DNA of 64,000 bases from positions 58,939 to 122,938 of the forward strand of contig OY968771.1 in assembly GCA_963695295.1 (NCBI GenBank). The letters run 5' to 3'. The stretch is from an uncultured Actinomycetota bacterium (GTDB lineage Bacteria > Actinomycetota > Actinomycetes > Propionibacteriales > Nocardioidaceae). Both the position numbers and the translations under genes were made by a program. Of the stretch, positions 46,910-57,634 are shown one piece after another. Position 1 is the first letter of the stretch; every line of letters starts with the position of its first letter. Under the pieces are notes generated by a model. The model did not search any database. It was not told where the DNA came from and saw nothing but the letters and a program-made list of their open reading frames with translations.

Positions 46910-48601
46910 ATGGCACCGAGCACCGACACCGCGACGCCAGGCCGCGCGGCGCGCCCACGCCCTCGGCGTGGTGAGGGCCAGTGGGCGCTGGGCTATCGCG
47001 AACCGCTGAATCCCAACGAGCAGTCCAAGAAGGACGACAACCCCCTCAACGTGCGCGCCCGCATCGAGACCATCTACTCGGTCCGCGGATTCGACTCGAT
47101 CGACCCCGGCGACATGCGCGGACGCTTCCGCTGGTGGGGCCTCTACACGCAGCGCCGCCCGGGGATCGACGGCGGCAAGACCGCCACGCTCGAGCCCGAG
47201 GAGCTCGACGACCGGTACTTCATGATGCGCGTGCGCATCGATGGCGGCCAGCTCAGCGTCGAGCAGCTGCGGACCGTCGCCGACCTGTCGATCGAGTACG
47301 CCCGCGACACCGCCGACCTGACCGACCGCCAGAACGTCCAGTACCACTGGATCGACGTCAAGGACGTCCCGACGATCTGGGAGCGCCTCGAATCGGTCGG
47401 CCTGTCCACGCAGGAGGCGTGCGGAGACTGCCCGCGCGTCATCCTGGGCAGCCCGGTCGCCGGCGTCTCCGAGGACGAGGTCGTCGACGCCACGCCGGCC
47501 ATCGAGGCGATCGAGAGCACGTACATCGGCGATCGGGCGTTCTCCAACCTGCCGCGCAAGTACAAGACGGCCATCAGCGGGCACCCCGGTCACGACGTCG
47601 TGCCGCAGATCAACGACATCGCCTTCACCGGCGCAGTCCATCCCGAGCACGGACCGGGGTTCGACGTCCTCGTCGGCGGCGGGCTGTCGACGAACCCGCA
47701 CCTCGCGAAGCGACTCGGCGCGTGGGTCCCGATCGAGGAGGTCCCGGAGGTCTGGGAGGGCATCACCAGCGTCTTCCGCGACTACGGGTACCGGCGGCTG
47801 CGCTCGCGGGCCCGCCTGAAGTTCCTCATCGCCGACTGGGGCATCGAGAAGTTCCGCGAGGTGCTCGAGACCGAGTACCTGAAGCGCACCCTGGTCGACC
47901 TGGACGATCCCGGCGCGCCTGACACCCCGGCCGACCACGTCGGCGTGTTCCGCCAGAAGGACGGCCGCTACTTCGTGGGCGTCGCGCCGAGCGTCGGACG
48001 CGTGTCCGGCACGCTGTTGCGACAGATCGCCGACGTCGTGGAGGCGCATGGCTCGGACCGCGTCCGCACCACCCCGATGCAGAAGCTCATCGTGCTCGAC
48101 GTCGAGGAGGACCGGGTCGAGTCGCTCATCGCCGCCCTCGACGACCTCGGCCTGCACGCCCGCCCCTCGCAGTGGCGCCGCAACACCATGGCGTGCACGG
48201 GCATCGAGTACTGCAAGCTCGCGATCGTCGAGACCAAGGTGCGGGCGGCGCAGCTCGTCACCGAGCTGGAGGAGCGCGTTCCCGAGCTGGACACGCCGAT
48301 CACCGTCAACGTCAACGGCTGCCCGAACTCCTGCGCGCGCATCCAGACCGCCGACATCGGCCTCAAGGGGATGCTCGTGCTGGACGAGCACGGCAACCAG
48401 GTCGAGGGCTTCCAGGTCCACCTCGGTGGTGCGCTCGGGCTCGACGCCGGATTCGGCCGCAAGCTGCGGGCCCACAAGGTGACGACCGAGCACCTCACCG
48501 ACTACGTCGAGAAGATCGTCCGGCACTTCCTCGACGACCGCACCGACGGTGAGACCTTCGCCCGATGGGTCGCCCGCGCCGATGAGGAGATGCTGCGATG
48601 A
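46910..48601 (+). CDS. sirA: ferredoxin-dependent sulfite reductase (NirA/SirA type)
   Basis: RFRWWGLYTQRRPG..., FMMRVRIDGG, TDRQNVQYHWI, ACGDCPRV and NGCPNSCARIQTADIGLKG are sirohaem/4Fe-4S motifs. Start at ATG 46910. Confidence 0.93.
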   Translation: MAPSTDTATPGRAARPRPRRGEGQWALGYREPLNPNEQSKKDDNPLNVRARIETIYSVRGFDSIDPGDMRGRFRWWGLYTQRRPGIDGGKTATLEPEELDDRYFMMRVRIDGGQLSVEQLRTVADLSIEYARDTADLTDRQNVQYHWIDVKDVPTIWERLESVGLSTQEACGDCPRVILGSPVAGVSEDEVVDATPAIEAIESTYIGDRAFSNLPRKYKTAISGHPGHDVVPQINDIAFTGAVHPEHGPGFDVLVGGGLSTNPHLAKRLGAWVPIEEVPEVWEGITSVFRDYGYRRLRSRARLKFLIADWGIEKFREVLETEYLKRTLVDLDDPGAPDTPADHVGVFRQKDGRYFVGVAPSVGRVSGTLLRQIADVVEAHGSDRVRTTPMQKLIVLDVEEDRVESLIAALDDLGLHARPSQWRRNTMACTGIEYCKLAIVETKVRAAQLVTELEERVPELDTPITVNVNGCPNSCARIQTADIGLKGMLVLDEHGNQVEGFQVHLGGALGLDAGFGRKLRAHKVTTEHLTDYVEKIVRHFLDDRTDGETFARWVARADEEMLR

Positions 48602-48765
48602 GCTCCGGAGCCCGCGCCGTCCCGTTCCACTGCCCCTACTGCGGCGACCAAGACCTGCGCCCGCACGGCGCGACCCACGGCGAGTGGGAATGCCGTTCGT
48701 GCCAGCGAGCCTTCGCGCTCGGTTTCATCGGACTGCTCAATCCCGGAAGGAGGGATGCATCATGA
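48598..48765 (+). CDS. small zinc-ribbon protein (CysX-like position)
   Basis: 55 aa and not in the ORF track: MSSGARAVPFHCPYCGDQDLRPHGATHGEWECRSCQRAFALGFIGLLNPGRRDAS (CPYC...CRSC). It has ATGA overlaps with both neighbours. Confidence 0.6.
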   Translation: MSSGARAVPFHCPYCGDQDLRPHGATHGEWECRSCQRAFALGFIGLLNPGRRDAS

Positions 48766-49520
48766 CCGCACCGGCACTCATCGCGCTGGCGCATGGCAGC
48801 CGCGACCCGCGCTCTGCCGAAACCATCACTGCCCTGACGGAGCTGGTGGCGTGCATGCGTCCCGACCTCCGCATCGAGCCGGCCTTCCTCGACCTGGTGG
48901 CCCCCTCCTTCGACGAGGCCGTCGACCGGCTGGTGGCCGAGGGCCACCGCGAGATCGTCGTGGTTCCGCTGCTGCTCAACGACGCCTACCACGCGTCCGT
49001 GGACGTCCCCGAGGTCGTCGACGAGGCCCTCCGTCGTCACACCGGGGTCAAGATCGGCATCACCAAGGTGCTGGGCGTCGAGCAGGCCTTCTTCCACGTG
49101 CTCGACCGGCGGCTGCGCGAGGCGCTCGCGAAGAACCGCGTCCGCGAGCTCGACGCGCTCGTGCTCGCCGGAGCCGGCTCGTCCGACCCGGTCGCGAACG
49201 CCGCGATCGGCCGGGCCGCACGGGCTTGGGGCGCGCGACACAAGCTGCCGACGATCGCCGCGTTCGCGTCGAGCGCTCCCCCGGCGGCCGGCGAGGCCGT
49301 GCGCGCCCATCGCGCCGACGGCCGGCGGCACATCGCCGTGGGGATGCTGTTCCTCGCCCCGGGCTTCCTGAGCGACCGGGTCACCGAGCTCGCGCTGGAG
49401 GCCGGAGCCGTGGCCGTGGCCGAGCCGCTCGGAGTCGACACCGTGCTGGCCGAGGTCGTCCTCGCCCGTTACGCCGTCGGCGCCGTCGATCTGGTGCCGC
49501 TGGAGACCATGTTCGCCTGA
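48762..49520 (+). CDS. sirB: sirohydrochlorin ferrochelatase (CbiX/SirB type)
   Basis: ALIALAHGSRDP..., VVVPLLLNDAYHA, LAGAGSSDP and LFLAPGF form the duplicated CbiX fold. Confidence 0.88.
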   Translation: MTAPALIALAHGSRDPRSAETITALTELVACMRPDLRIEPAFLDLVAPSFDEAVDRLVAEGHREIVVVPLLLNDAYHASVDVPEVVDEALRRHTGVKIGITKVLGVEQAFFHVLDRRLREALAKNRVRELDALVLAGAGSSDPVANAAIGRAARAWGARHKLPTIAAFASSAPPAAGEAVRAHRADGRRHIAVGMLFLAPGFLSDRVTELALEAGAVAVAEPLGVDTVLAEVVLARYAVGAVDLVPLETMFA

Positions 49521-49523
49521 GCG

Positions 49524-50354
49524 TCAGCCCCCGAGCAGACGCGCCTTCTCGGCCTCGACGTCGAAGTCGGCGGGCGGCCACTCCAGGTCGAGCGCGCGCA
49601 GGTGCTCGAGGAGGAGTGCGGCGACCGCCCAGTTGCGGTACCACTTGCGCCCGCTCGGGACCACGAACCATGGCGCCGCGTCCGTGGAGCACCGCTCGAG
49701 CGCGATCTGGTAGGCCTCCTGGTAGCCGTCCCAGAGCGCCCGCTCGTCGATGTCGCCCGGGTTGTACTTCCAGTGCTTCGTCCGGTCGTCCAGGCGCGCG
49801 GCCAGGCGCTCCTTCTGGTCGTCGGCGCTGATGTGCAGCATGCACTTGACGATGGTGCCGCCGCCATCGACGTACGCCTGCTCGAAGTCGTTGATCGCGC
49901 CGTAGCGTCGCTCGATCTCCTCTGGCGGTGCGAGCTCGCGCACGCGGCAGATGAGGACGTCCTCGTAGTGGGAGCGATCGAAGATGCCGATGCGGCCCGG
50001 GCTCGGCAGAGCCGGCTCGATCCGCCAGAGGAAGTCGTGCGCGAGCTCCTCGGGCGTGGGCTTCTTGAACGCGGTGATCTGCAGGCCGAGCGGGTCGACG
50101 AGCCCGGCGGCGTGGCGGATCACGCCACCCTTGCCGGCGGTGTCCATGCCCTGGAGCACGAGCAGCATCGACCGCGGGTCATCGCGCGTGCCGTTGGCGT
50201 AGAGACGTTCCTGCAGATCGGCGAGCTCCTCGCCCAGCGCCGCGATCGACCTCTTGGCGTCCTTCTTGTCGCCGTCGAAGCCCGGCGTCGATCGCGAGTC
50301 GACGTCGGCGAGTCTCGGGACGCCTGACAACAGGTCGCGCAGTGCGGTCGGCAT
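49524..50354 (-). CDS. ppk2: polyphosphate kinase 2 family protein
   Basis: VLQGMDTAGKGG (Walker A), FDRSHYEDVL, KCMLHIS and RKWYRNW are PPK2 signatures. Confidence 0.92.
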   Translation of the reverse strand: MPTALRDLLSGVPRLADVDSRSTPGFDGDKKDAKRSIAALGEELADLQERLYANGTRDDPRSMLLVLQGMDTAGKGGVIRHAAGLVDPLGLQITAFKKPTPEELAHDFLWRIEPALPSPGRIGIFDRSHYEDVLICRVRELAPPEEIERRYGAINDFEQAYVDGGGTIVKCMLHISADDQKERLAARLDDRTKHWKYNPGDIDERALWDGYQEAYQIALERCSTDAAPWFVVPSGRKWYRNWAVAALLLEHLRALDLEWPPADFDVEAEKARLLGG

Positions 50355-50383
50355 GAGCGCAGTATGCCCATACTGTCGGGATC

Positions 50384-51020
50384 ATGGACCCAGACCTCTA
50401 TGCCTATCCCGACACGGACCGGCCGTGGGTGCGCACCAACTTCGTGAGCACGATCGACGGCGCCGCGCACGCGACCGACGGGGTGACCGCCTCGCTGGGC
50501 GGAGCGGCCGACCACGAGGTCTTCCAGCTGCTGCGCCGCCTGGCCGACGTGGTGCTGGTCGGGGCGGGCACCGCCCGCATCGAGAAGTACGGCGCAACGT
50601 CCACCCGGCTCGCGCTCGTCAGCCGGCGGCTCGACATCCCGGACCGCCTGGTCGGGCCGGACCTCACGGTGGTCACCACGTCCGACGCCCCGCCGGACCG
50701 GCTGCAGGCCCTGCGCGATGCCGGCGTGCTCGTGATCGCCCACGGCGAGATCGAGGTCGACTGGGCGGCCGTGCTGGCCGATTTCCACGACCGCGGGTGG
50801 CGACGCGTCCTTTGTGAGGGCGGGCCGACCCTTCATGGTGACCTCATCACCCGGGACCTCGTCGACGAGGTGTGCCTGACCATCGCGCCCGTCGCTGGCC
50901 TCGGGCGACGCACCGCGCATCGCGCACAGTCGCCATCCGGTGAGCCAGGCGATGCGGCTCGGTCACGCGACCGCCGTCGGCGACGTCCTGCTGACGCGCT
51001 GGGTGCGTGATCGGACGTAA
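50384..51020 (+). pseudogene. RibD C-terminal domain (dihydrofolate / pyrimidine reductase-like) protein, frame broken near 50894
   Basis: NFVSTIDGAA...DHEVFQLLRRLADVVLVGAGT...CEGGPTLHGDLI...DEVCLTIAPV runs in one frame. The expected tail LASGDAPRIAHS...MRLGHATAVGDVLLTRWVRDRT is in the next frame and stops at 51020. Confidence 0.75.
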
Positions 51021-51048
51021 ACTGAGGCATCCGGCGACGGGAGAGCAC

Positions 51049-51546
51049 ATGTACGACGTGACCCTGCTGATCGAGCGCCAGCTCACGGACCTCGATGCCG
51101 ATCAGGTCGTCGCCCTCCATGAAGGGCTCGACGACGAGACCGTCCGCTACCACCTGTTGTTGCCGGTCGACACGTCCGCGTCGATGCTGGCCTCGTCCAT
51201 GAGCGCCCTGGGCGGCGGCCAGATCATGACGATCGCCGACTCCGACGTCATCGCCGAGGCGCAGGAGGAGCTGGCGTCGGCGGGCCGGGCCGAGCTCGAC
51301 GCCAGCGCCCATCTGCTCACCGCGCGGGGCCAGCAGGTCACCACCACGCTCACCGAGGACGACCCGATCGCGGCACTCTGCAAGCTCGTCGCCGGAACGT
51401 CGTCGGCCGAGGCGATCATCCTCACCGAGCCGCACATCGTGCGCGAGTTCCTGCACATCGACTGGACCTCCCGGGCCAAGCGCAAGCTGGAGGTGCCGAC
51501 CCTGCACCTGCTGGAGCACGTGCCGTTCTCCGCGCAGGCACCGTAG
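51049..51546 (+). CDS. hypothetical protein
   Basis: 165 aa, starting at ATG 51049 behind a GGGAGAG RBS. No family recognised. Confidence 0.6.
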   Translation: MYDVTLLIERQLTDLDADQVVALHEGLDDETVRYHLLLPVDTSASMLASSMSALGGGQIMTIADSDVIAEAQEELASAGRAELDASAHLLTARGQQVTTTLTEDDPIAALCKLVAGTSSAEAIILTEPHIVREFLHIDWTSRAKRKLEVPTLHLLEHVPFSAQAP

Positions 51547-51610
51547 GCGTCACCACCTCGTCACCCCGCGACACCGGTGATCGCTCGCGTCCGTCAGTAG
51601 CCTTGAGGTC

Positions 51611-52027
51611 ATGGCACACGACGTCGAGAAGACCGATGAGGAGTGGCGCTCGGAGCTGAGCGCGGCCGAGTACCACGTGCTCCGCGAGGCCGGCACCGAG
51701 CGACCGTTCAGCAGCTCCTACGAGACCGACCCCACGGTGGGCGTCTACGCCTGCCGCGCCTGCGGCGCCGAGCTGTTCCGCAGCGAGACGAAGTTCGACG
51801 CGCACTGCGGCTGGCCGGCGTTCTACGCCCCGCTCGCGGAGGACCGCGTCGAGTACCTCGAGGACAAGTCCCTGTTCTCGACGCGCACCGAGGTCCGCTG
51901 CGCGAACTGCGGTTCCCACCTCGGCCACGTGTTCGAGGGCGAGGGCTTCGACACCCCCACCGACCAGCGTTACTGCATCAACGGCATCAGCCTGCAGCAG
52001 GTACCGGACGACTCACGGCCAGAGTGA
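51611..52027 (+). CDS. msrB: peptide-methionine (R)-S-oxide reductase
   Basis: CRACGAELF...GWPAF...[12 protein letters not shown]...RYCING are canonical MsrB motifs. Confidence 0.95.
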   Translation: MAHDVEKTDEEWRSELSAAEYHVLREAGTERPFSSSYETDPTVGVYACRACGAELFRSETKFDAHCGWPAFYAPLAEDRVEYLEDKSLFSTRTEVRCANCGSHLGHVFEGEGFDTPTDQRYCINGISLQQVPDDSRPE

Positions 52028-52714
52028 GGTCAGCTCGCCCACGGTGTGGAGCCGGCCGGTGTAGAACGGGATCTCCTCGCGCACGTGTCGACGGGCGCGG
52101 CTGGCTCGCAGCTCGCGCATGAGGTCGACGATGCGGTGCAGCCGGTCGGCCTCGAAGGCGAGGATCCACTCGTAGTCGCCCAGGCCGAACGACGCGACCG
52201 TGTTGGCGCGGACGTCCGGGTACTCGCGGGCTTGCATGCCGTGCTCGCGCAGCATGTCCTTGCGCTCCTCGTCGGGCAGCAGGTACCACTCGTAGGAGCG
52301 GACGAACGGGTAGACGCACAGGTACGGGTAGGCGGGCTCGTCGGCCATGAACGCCGGGACGTGCGACTTGTTGAACTCGGCCGGGCGGTGCACGGCCATC
52401 TGCGACCACACCGGCTCCATGCGCGCCCCGAGTGCCGTGCGTCGGAAGTCGTTGTAGGCCTGCTGCAGCGCATCGGAGGACTCCGAGTGCCACCAGATCA
52501 TCAGGTCGGCGTCCGCGCGCAGGCCACTGACGTCGTAGGTGCCCCGGACGATGACGTCGTTCTCGGCGAGCTTGGCGATCAGGTCATCGACCTCGGCGGC
52601 CTCCGCGGCGCGATCGGCGTCTCCGAGCATCCGCTCGAGCGTGAAGACGGACCACATCGTGAAGCGGATCGTGTCGTTGATCTCCTTGGCCAGCTTCCCC
52701 TTGTTCTCCACCAT
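52013..52714 (-). CDS. hemQ: coproheme decarboxylase (HemQ/ChdC, chlorite-dismutase family)
   Basis: 233 aa with [25 protein letters not shown] and [12 protein letters not shown]. It is adjacent to hemY and hemE. Confidence 0.92.
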   Translation of the reverse strand: MVENKGKLAKEINDTIRFTMWSVFTLERMLGDADRAAEAAEVDDLIAKLAENDVIVRGTYDVSGLRADADLMIWWHSESSDALQQAYNDFRRTALGARMEPVWSQMAVHRPAEFNKSHVPAFMADEPAYPYLCVYPFVRSYEWYLLPDEERKDMLREHGMQAREYPDVRANTVASFGLGDYEWILAFEADRLHRIVDLMRELRASRARRHVREEIPFYTGRLHTVGELTSLWP

Positions 52715-52718
52715 GGGT

Positions 52719-54035
52719 TCATTCTCCCAAGTCGGCCAGGATCCGCTGGACGGCGGCGTCCGCCGACGCGATGACGGCCGGCACGCCGACGCCGCGATAG
52801 GCGGCGCCGCAGACGTCCAGACCCCTCAGCGTCGCGAGCTCGGCGTCGATCGTGTCGAGGCGCTCGAGGTGGCCGACGTCGTACTGGGGCAGGGCGCCGC
52901 CCCACCGCTGCACGTGCCATGCCGCCGGCCTCGGCAGGTGCCCCAGCGCGCTGCGCAGGTCGGCGAGCGCGGCGTCGGCCACGGTCGCGTCGTCGTGGTG
53001 GAGCAGCGCCGTGTCACCGGCCCGGCCGACGGAGGCACGGAGCACCGTGCGCCCCGGCTCGTCCAGCCATCCCCACTTGTTGGAGGAGAACGTGGCGGCC
53101 TTGATCGACGTGCCGTCGACCGGGGGCACCAGGAACCCCGACCCGGTCAGGTCGAGGTCGGCGTCGAAGACGAAGGTGACGATGGCCACGCTGGCGACCG
53201 CCACGTCGGCCAGGGCGAAGGCCGCCCGAGGAGCCACCTCGGCCAGCAGCCGGGAGGTCGCCGGCGCGGGCGTGGCGAGGACCACCGCGTCGAAGCGTGG
53301 AGCGCCCCGGTCGGTGCGCACGACCCAGCCGGAACCGTCGCGCTCGACACCGCGGACCACCGAGTCCAGGTGGACGTCGGCGTCCAGCTGTTCGACCAAC
53401 GCGAGCGGCAGCCGGCCGACCCCACCGACCAGCCCCGCGAAGACGGGGCCGTCGACCGGCGGGACCTGCGCAGCGGCGGCCAGCGGGTCGGGGCCGAGCC
53501 GCTTGAGCTGCTCTCCCGCGGCCGCGAGTGACAACCGGTCCGCGTGCCCGGCGTACACCCCGCAGAGCAGCGGCTCGACGAGGCGCTCGAGCACCTGCTC
53601 GCCGGCGCGCTCGCGGACGAACTCGGCGACCGAGACGTCGTGCGTCGGCAGCGGAACCGACCGACCGACGGGCTCCTCGGTGAGGATGCCGGCGGCGACG
53701 GCCTCGGCCACGTCGACCGGGATCCCCAACACGCTGCGCGGCAGGGGCCGCAGGGCCCCACGCGTCCAGATCGACGCCGTCGTGGTTTCCGGGTGGACGC
53801 GCCGGTGCCCGAGGGCCAGGTCGTCGGCCAGCTCGGTGGCCTCGGGCCGGCGGGCCAACATCGCCTCGGCGCCCACGTCGAGGGTCACGTCACCCACGGT
53901 CTCCAGCCGCAGCTTGCCGCCCACCCGGTCGGACCCTTCGAACACCTCGACCGTGATCCCGGGACCCGCACGGCGCTCCAACCGGTGCGCGGCCGCCAGG
54001 CCGCCGATGCCGGCCCCGACGACCGCGACCCGCAT
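52719..54035 (-). CDS. hemY: protoporphyrinogen / coproporphyrinogen III oxidase (HemY/CgoX)
   Basis: [19 protein letters not shown] fold, SDRVGGKL, and C-terminal [13 protein letters not shown]. Confidence 0.9.
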   Translation of the reverse strand: MRVAVVGAGIGGLAAAHRLERRAGPGITVEVFEGSDRVGGKLRLETVGDVTLDVGAEAMLARRPEATELADDLALGHRRVHPETTTASIWTRGALRPLPRSVLGIPVDVAEAVAAGILTEEPVGRSVPLPTHDVSVAEFVRERAGEQVLERLVEPLLCGVYAGHADRLSLAAAGEQLKRLGPDPLAAAAQVPPVDGPVFAGLVGGVGRLPLALVEQLDADVHLDSVVRGVERDGSGWVVRTDRGAPRFDAVVLATPAPATSRLLAEVAPRAAFALADVAVASVAIVTFVFDADLDLTGSGFLVPPVDGTSIKAATFSSNKWGWLDEPGRTVLRASVGRAGDTALLHHDDATVADAALADLRSALGHLPRPAAWHVQRWGGALPQYDVGHLERLDTIDAELATLRGLDVCGAAYRGVGVPAVIASADAAVQRILADLGE

Positions 54036-55063
54036 CAGAGTCCGTGCACGTGGTCGACGAGCCGGGCCAGCGCGTCCGGGTCGGTGGCCGGAAGCACTCC
54101 GTGACCCAGGTTGAACACGTGGCCGCGCGCGGACCGACCGGCCGTGACGATCTCGGTGGCCCGCGCGTGGACCAGGTCGGTGGGGGCGAACAGCATCGTC
54201 GGGTCGAGGTTGCCCTGAACGGCCCGGTCCGGCCCGATCCGCCGCACCGCGTCGGCGAGAGGCACCCGCCAGTCGACGCCGACGACGTCGGCTCCCGCCT
54301 CACCCATCGCGCCGAGCAGCTCGCCGGTACCCACGCCGAAGTGGATGCGCGGGACGTCGAGATCGGCGAGGGCCCCGAGCACCGTGGCGGAGTGCGGCGC
54401 GACGTACTGCTGGTAGTCGGCGACCGAGAGCGCGCCGGCCCAGGAGTCGAACAGCTGGACGGCCGACGCGCCGGCGTCGATCTGGAGACGCAGGAACTGA
54501 CCGGCGATCGCGGCGAGGCGTCCGAGCAGGGCGTGCCAGAGATCTGGCTGGGTGTACATCAGCTCCTTGGTGAGCCGGTGGTCGCGAGACGGACCTCCCT
54601 CGACGAGGTAGGAGGCGAGGGTGAACGGTGCCCCGGCGAACCCGATGAGGGGGGTGCCGCCGAGCTCGCCCACCAAGGCCTTGGCCGCATCGGTGATGCT
54701 CGTGACGTCGTCGGGTTCGAGGTCCCGGAGCTGGTCCAGCTGGTCCGGACGGCGGATCGGGTCGGCGACCACCGGGCCGGTTCCGGGCACGATGTCGAGG
54801 TCGACGCCGATCGCCTTCAGCGGCACGACGATGTCGGAGAAGAAGATGGCGGCATCGACGCCGTACCGCCGGACCGGTTGCATCGTGATCTCGACGACCA
54901 TGTCGGTGCGAAAGCACGACTCCAGCATCGGCACGCCTTCGCGCAGCGCGAGGTACTCCGGCAGTGAACGACCGGCCTGGCGCATGAACCACACCGGCAC
55001 GTGCCCGACCGGCTCGCCTCGGCAGGCTCGCAGGAAGGCACTGTCGGCAAGAGTCGAGGTCAC
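54035..55063 (-). CDS. hemE: uroporphyrinogen decarboxylase
   Basis: [31 protein letters not shown] and FNLGHG. Start at GTG 55063. Confidence 0.95.
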   Translation of the reverse strand: MTSTLADSAFLRACRGEPVGHVPVWFMRQAGRSLPEYLALREGVPMLESCFRTDMVVEITMQPVRRYGVDAAIFFSDIVVPLKAIGVDLDIVPGTGPVVADPIRRPDQLDQLRDLEPDDVTSITDAAKALVGELGGTPLIGFAGAPFTLASYLVEGGPSRDHRLTKELMYTQPDLWHALLGRLAAIAGQFLRLQIDAGASAVQLFDSWAGALSVADYQQYVAPHSATVLGALADLDVPRIHFGVGTGELLGAMGEAGADVVGVDWRVPLADAVRRIGPDRAVQGNLDPTMLFAPTDLVHARATEIVTAGRSARGHVFNLGHGVLPATDPDALARLVDHVHGL

Positions 55064-55138
55064 GGGACGATTGTGACAGGAGGGTCGCCGCGGAGTGTCG
55101 GGTCGCCCCGTGACCGGCGACACGCCTACGATCACGGT

Positions 55139-55747
55139 GTGGGTGTCCGTAGCGAGATCGATCGCACTCCCCCGGCCTTCACCGCAGCAGTCGAGCAGGT
55201 GGGCCGTGCTGTCTTGCGGCCCGAGGTCATCGTCGACACGATGCCCGCGCCGCAACGCATCGCGCCGTTCGCGCACGCGGTCAGTGGCGACGTCGTGGCG
55301 GGTTCGACCGGCGCCGCGCCGCAGGCCGGCGACGACGAGGTGGCCACCGGCCGGTTCATCCTGCTGCACGATCCGGCCGGCAACGAGGCGTGGGGCGGCA
55401 CCTTCCGGTGCGTCACGTTCGCCCGGGCCGACGTGGAGCCCGAGATGGGCGCCGATCCCTCCCTCCCCACGGTCGGCTGGAGCTGGCTCACCGACGCCCT
55501 CGACACCCACGGTGGCGAGTACACGGCGCCGAGCGGCAGCGTCACCGTCGTGCACACGGAAGGGTTCGGGGAGATGGCCGCCGACGGTGCGGACGCCCAG
55601 ATCGAGGTCCGCGCCTCATGGACGCCCGTCTCCGACATGGGACCGCACATCACCGCGTGGTCCGACCTGCTGTGTGCCATCGCCGGCCTGCCGCCGCTCG
55701 CGCCCGGTGTCATCCCGCTGCAGCAGCGCAGGCGTGGCGCGCGTTGA
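55139..55747 (+). CDS. DUF3000-like conserved actinobacterial protein
   Basis: [15 protein letters not shown]...[27 protein letters not shown]. It holds the conserved position between hemE and rnd. Start at GTG 55139. Confidence 0.78.
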   Translation: MGVRSEIDRTPPAFTAAVEQVGRAVLRPEVIVDTMPAPQRIAPFAHAVSGDVVAGSTGAAPQAGDDEVATGRFILLHDPAGNEAWGGTFRCVTFARADVEPEMGADPSLPTVGWSWLTDALDTHGGEYTAPSGSVTVVHTEGFGEMAADGADAQIEVRASWTPVSDMGPHITAWSDLLCAIAGLPPLAPGVIPLQQRRRGAR

Positions 55748-56979
55748 CGGGTGACGACGAGGTCACCTCGCCCCCCACTCCACTGAGCCTGCGCGACCCG
55801 CTTCCGCCGGTCATCGAGGAGATCGGGCCGCTCCGTCGCTACTGCGCGTCGATCGCGGCCGGGTCAGGGCCGGTGGCCCTCGACGCCGAGCGCGCATCCG
55901 GCTACCGCTACTCCCAGCGGGCCTACCTCGTCCAGGTTCGCCGGGAGGGCGCCGGCACCGCGCTGATCGACCCGATCCCGCTGCGCGACCTGAGCCCCCT
56001 CGACGAGGCGATCGGTGACGCCGAGTGGATCCTGCACGCGGCCACCCAGGACCTCGCCTGCCTGGCCGAGATCGGGCTCCGGCCGCGCCGGCTGTTCGAC
56101 ACCGAGCTCGCCGGCCGCCTGCTCAACCTTCCCAAGGTGGGGCTGGCGTCCCTGGTCGAGCACTACCTGAACGAGAGCCTCGCCAAGGAGCACTCCGCCG
56201 CCGACTGGTCGAAGCGCCCGCTGCCCGAGCCGTGGCTGATCTACGCGGCCCTCGACGTGGAGCCGCTGATCGAGCTCCGCGAGCTGATCGCTGCCGACCT
56301 CGAGAAGGCCGGCAAGACCGAGTGGGCCCGGCAGGACTTCGAGGCCTTGCTCGAGTTCACCGGTGCGCCGCCGCGCCACGAGCCCTGGCGTCGAACGTCC
56401 GGCATCCACCATGCGCGGGGGCGGCGCGCGCTCGGCCTCGTCCGGTCGATCTGGGAGGCTCGCGACTCCATCGCCGAGGAGCGGGACGTGACACCTGGGC
56501 GCATCCTTCCCGATGCCTCGATCCTGGAGATGGCCCGCACGCCGCCGGCCAACCTCGCCGAGCTGAAGCAGATGAAGGTCATGCGCAACCGGGGTCCGCG
56601 TCGGTTCGTGAGCCAGTGGCACGACGCGATCGAGCGAGCGCTCGGCCTTCCGGAGTCCGAGCTCCCTCGCTCCTCGCCGCGGCGGGACGGCCCGCCGCCA
56701 CCGCGGGCGTGGGTCGAGAAGTTCCCCGCGGCCGCCGAGAGACTCGGGCGTTCGCGCGAGGTCGTCACCGCGCTCGCCGAGGAGCACGACGTCCCGACCG
56801 AGAACCTGATCGGACCGGCTCTCGTCCGTGGACTGGCGTGGGAGCCCCCGGAGCCGGCCACGGCCGACACCGTCGCCGAGGAGCTGAGGGCAGGTGGGGC
56901 GCGTCCGTGGCAGATCGAGCTGATCGCGGCTCCGTTGGCCGCAGCTCTCGCCTCGGACCAGCACCCGCCCGCCACCTGA
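55744..56979 (+). CDS. rnd: ribonuclease D (3'-5' exonuclease plus HRDC domain)
   Basis: ALDAERASGYRYSQRAYLVQV, HAATQDLACL, ADWSKRPL, IYAALDVE, then an HRDC-like region. The TTG start overlaps the upstream stop (TTGA); the start is uncertain. Confidence 0.85.
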   Translation: MTGDDEVTSPPTPLSLRDPLPPVIEEIGPLRRYCASIAAGSGPVALDAERASGYRYSQRAYLVQVRREGAGTALIDPIPLRDLSPLDEAIGDAEWILHAATQDLACLAEIGLRPRRLFDTELAGRLLNLPKVGLASLVEHYLNESLAKEHSAADWSKRPLPEPWLIYAALDVEPLIELRELIAADLEKAGKTEWARQDFEALLEFTGAPPRHEPWRRTSGIHHARGRRALGLVRSIWEARDSIAEERDVTPGRILPDASILEMARTPPANLAELKQMKVMRNRGPRRFVSQWHDAIERALGLPESELPRSSPRRDGPPPPRAWVEKFPAAAERLGRSREVVTALAEEHDVPTENLIGPALVRGLAWEPPEPATADTVAEELRAGGARPWQIELIAAPLAAALASDQHPPAT

Positions 56980-57043
56980 CCGCGTGCCGACGACCACGCT
57001 CGGACTACCGTGGTCCCATGAGCGAGCGCGCCGGGACGCGACG

Positions 57044-57634
57044 GTGAACGAGTACCGACGACCGGCCTTGCCCGGTCCGCAGCTGTTCGAGGCCCAGGCC
57101 GAGGACGCCGACCCGGCCGAGCTCGCCGCCGCCGGCCATCGCATCGCCCATCTCCTGGTCCGCGGGCCCCACGACGACGCCGACGCCGGCCTCGTCGTTC
57201 GCGTGCTGCACCTTGCCGACGAGGAGGGCCTGGGGGTCATCGCCGACCTGTGGTCGCATGCCGCCCCCGACACGATCGCCGGGGCGCTGTGGCGCCTCTA
57301 CCTGCTCCGCACCTGGGTGCACGGCGAGCCGGCCCAGGCGGCTCGCGAGTTCGCCGCCGGCAAGGCCTACGCCCCCGTGCACGAGGTGCTGGCCGGGGTC
57401 GTCGAGCCACCGGGCCCGGGGGAAGTCCTGACGCTGGTCGACACGGTCGTGCGCGGCATCGTCGGCGACGACTTCGACGTGACGCTCGACCGCGCCGCCG
57501 CCTTCGCGCACATCGTCGGCGTCGGTCGCGCCCAGCTCGACAGCGGCGACCCCGGCAGCGGTGCCCGTCTCGTCGACACCGCAGCCCACCTGCGCCGGGC
57601 GGCATCGCTGGAGCGCCAAGGCCTGCTGCACTAG
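57044..57634 (+). CDS. hypothetical conserved protein
   Basis: About 196-aa ORF from GTG 57044. No motif recognised. Confidence 0.5.
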   Translation: MNEYRRPALPGPQLFEAQAEDADPAELAAAGHRIAHLLVRGPHDDADAGLVVRVLHLADEEGLGVIADLWSHAAPDTIAGALWRLYLLRTWVHGEPAQAAREFAAGKAYAPVHEVLAGVVEPPGPGEVLTLVDTVVRGIVGDDFDVTLDRAAAFAHIVGVGRAQLDSGDPGSGARLVDTAAHLRRAASLERQGLLH

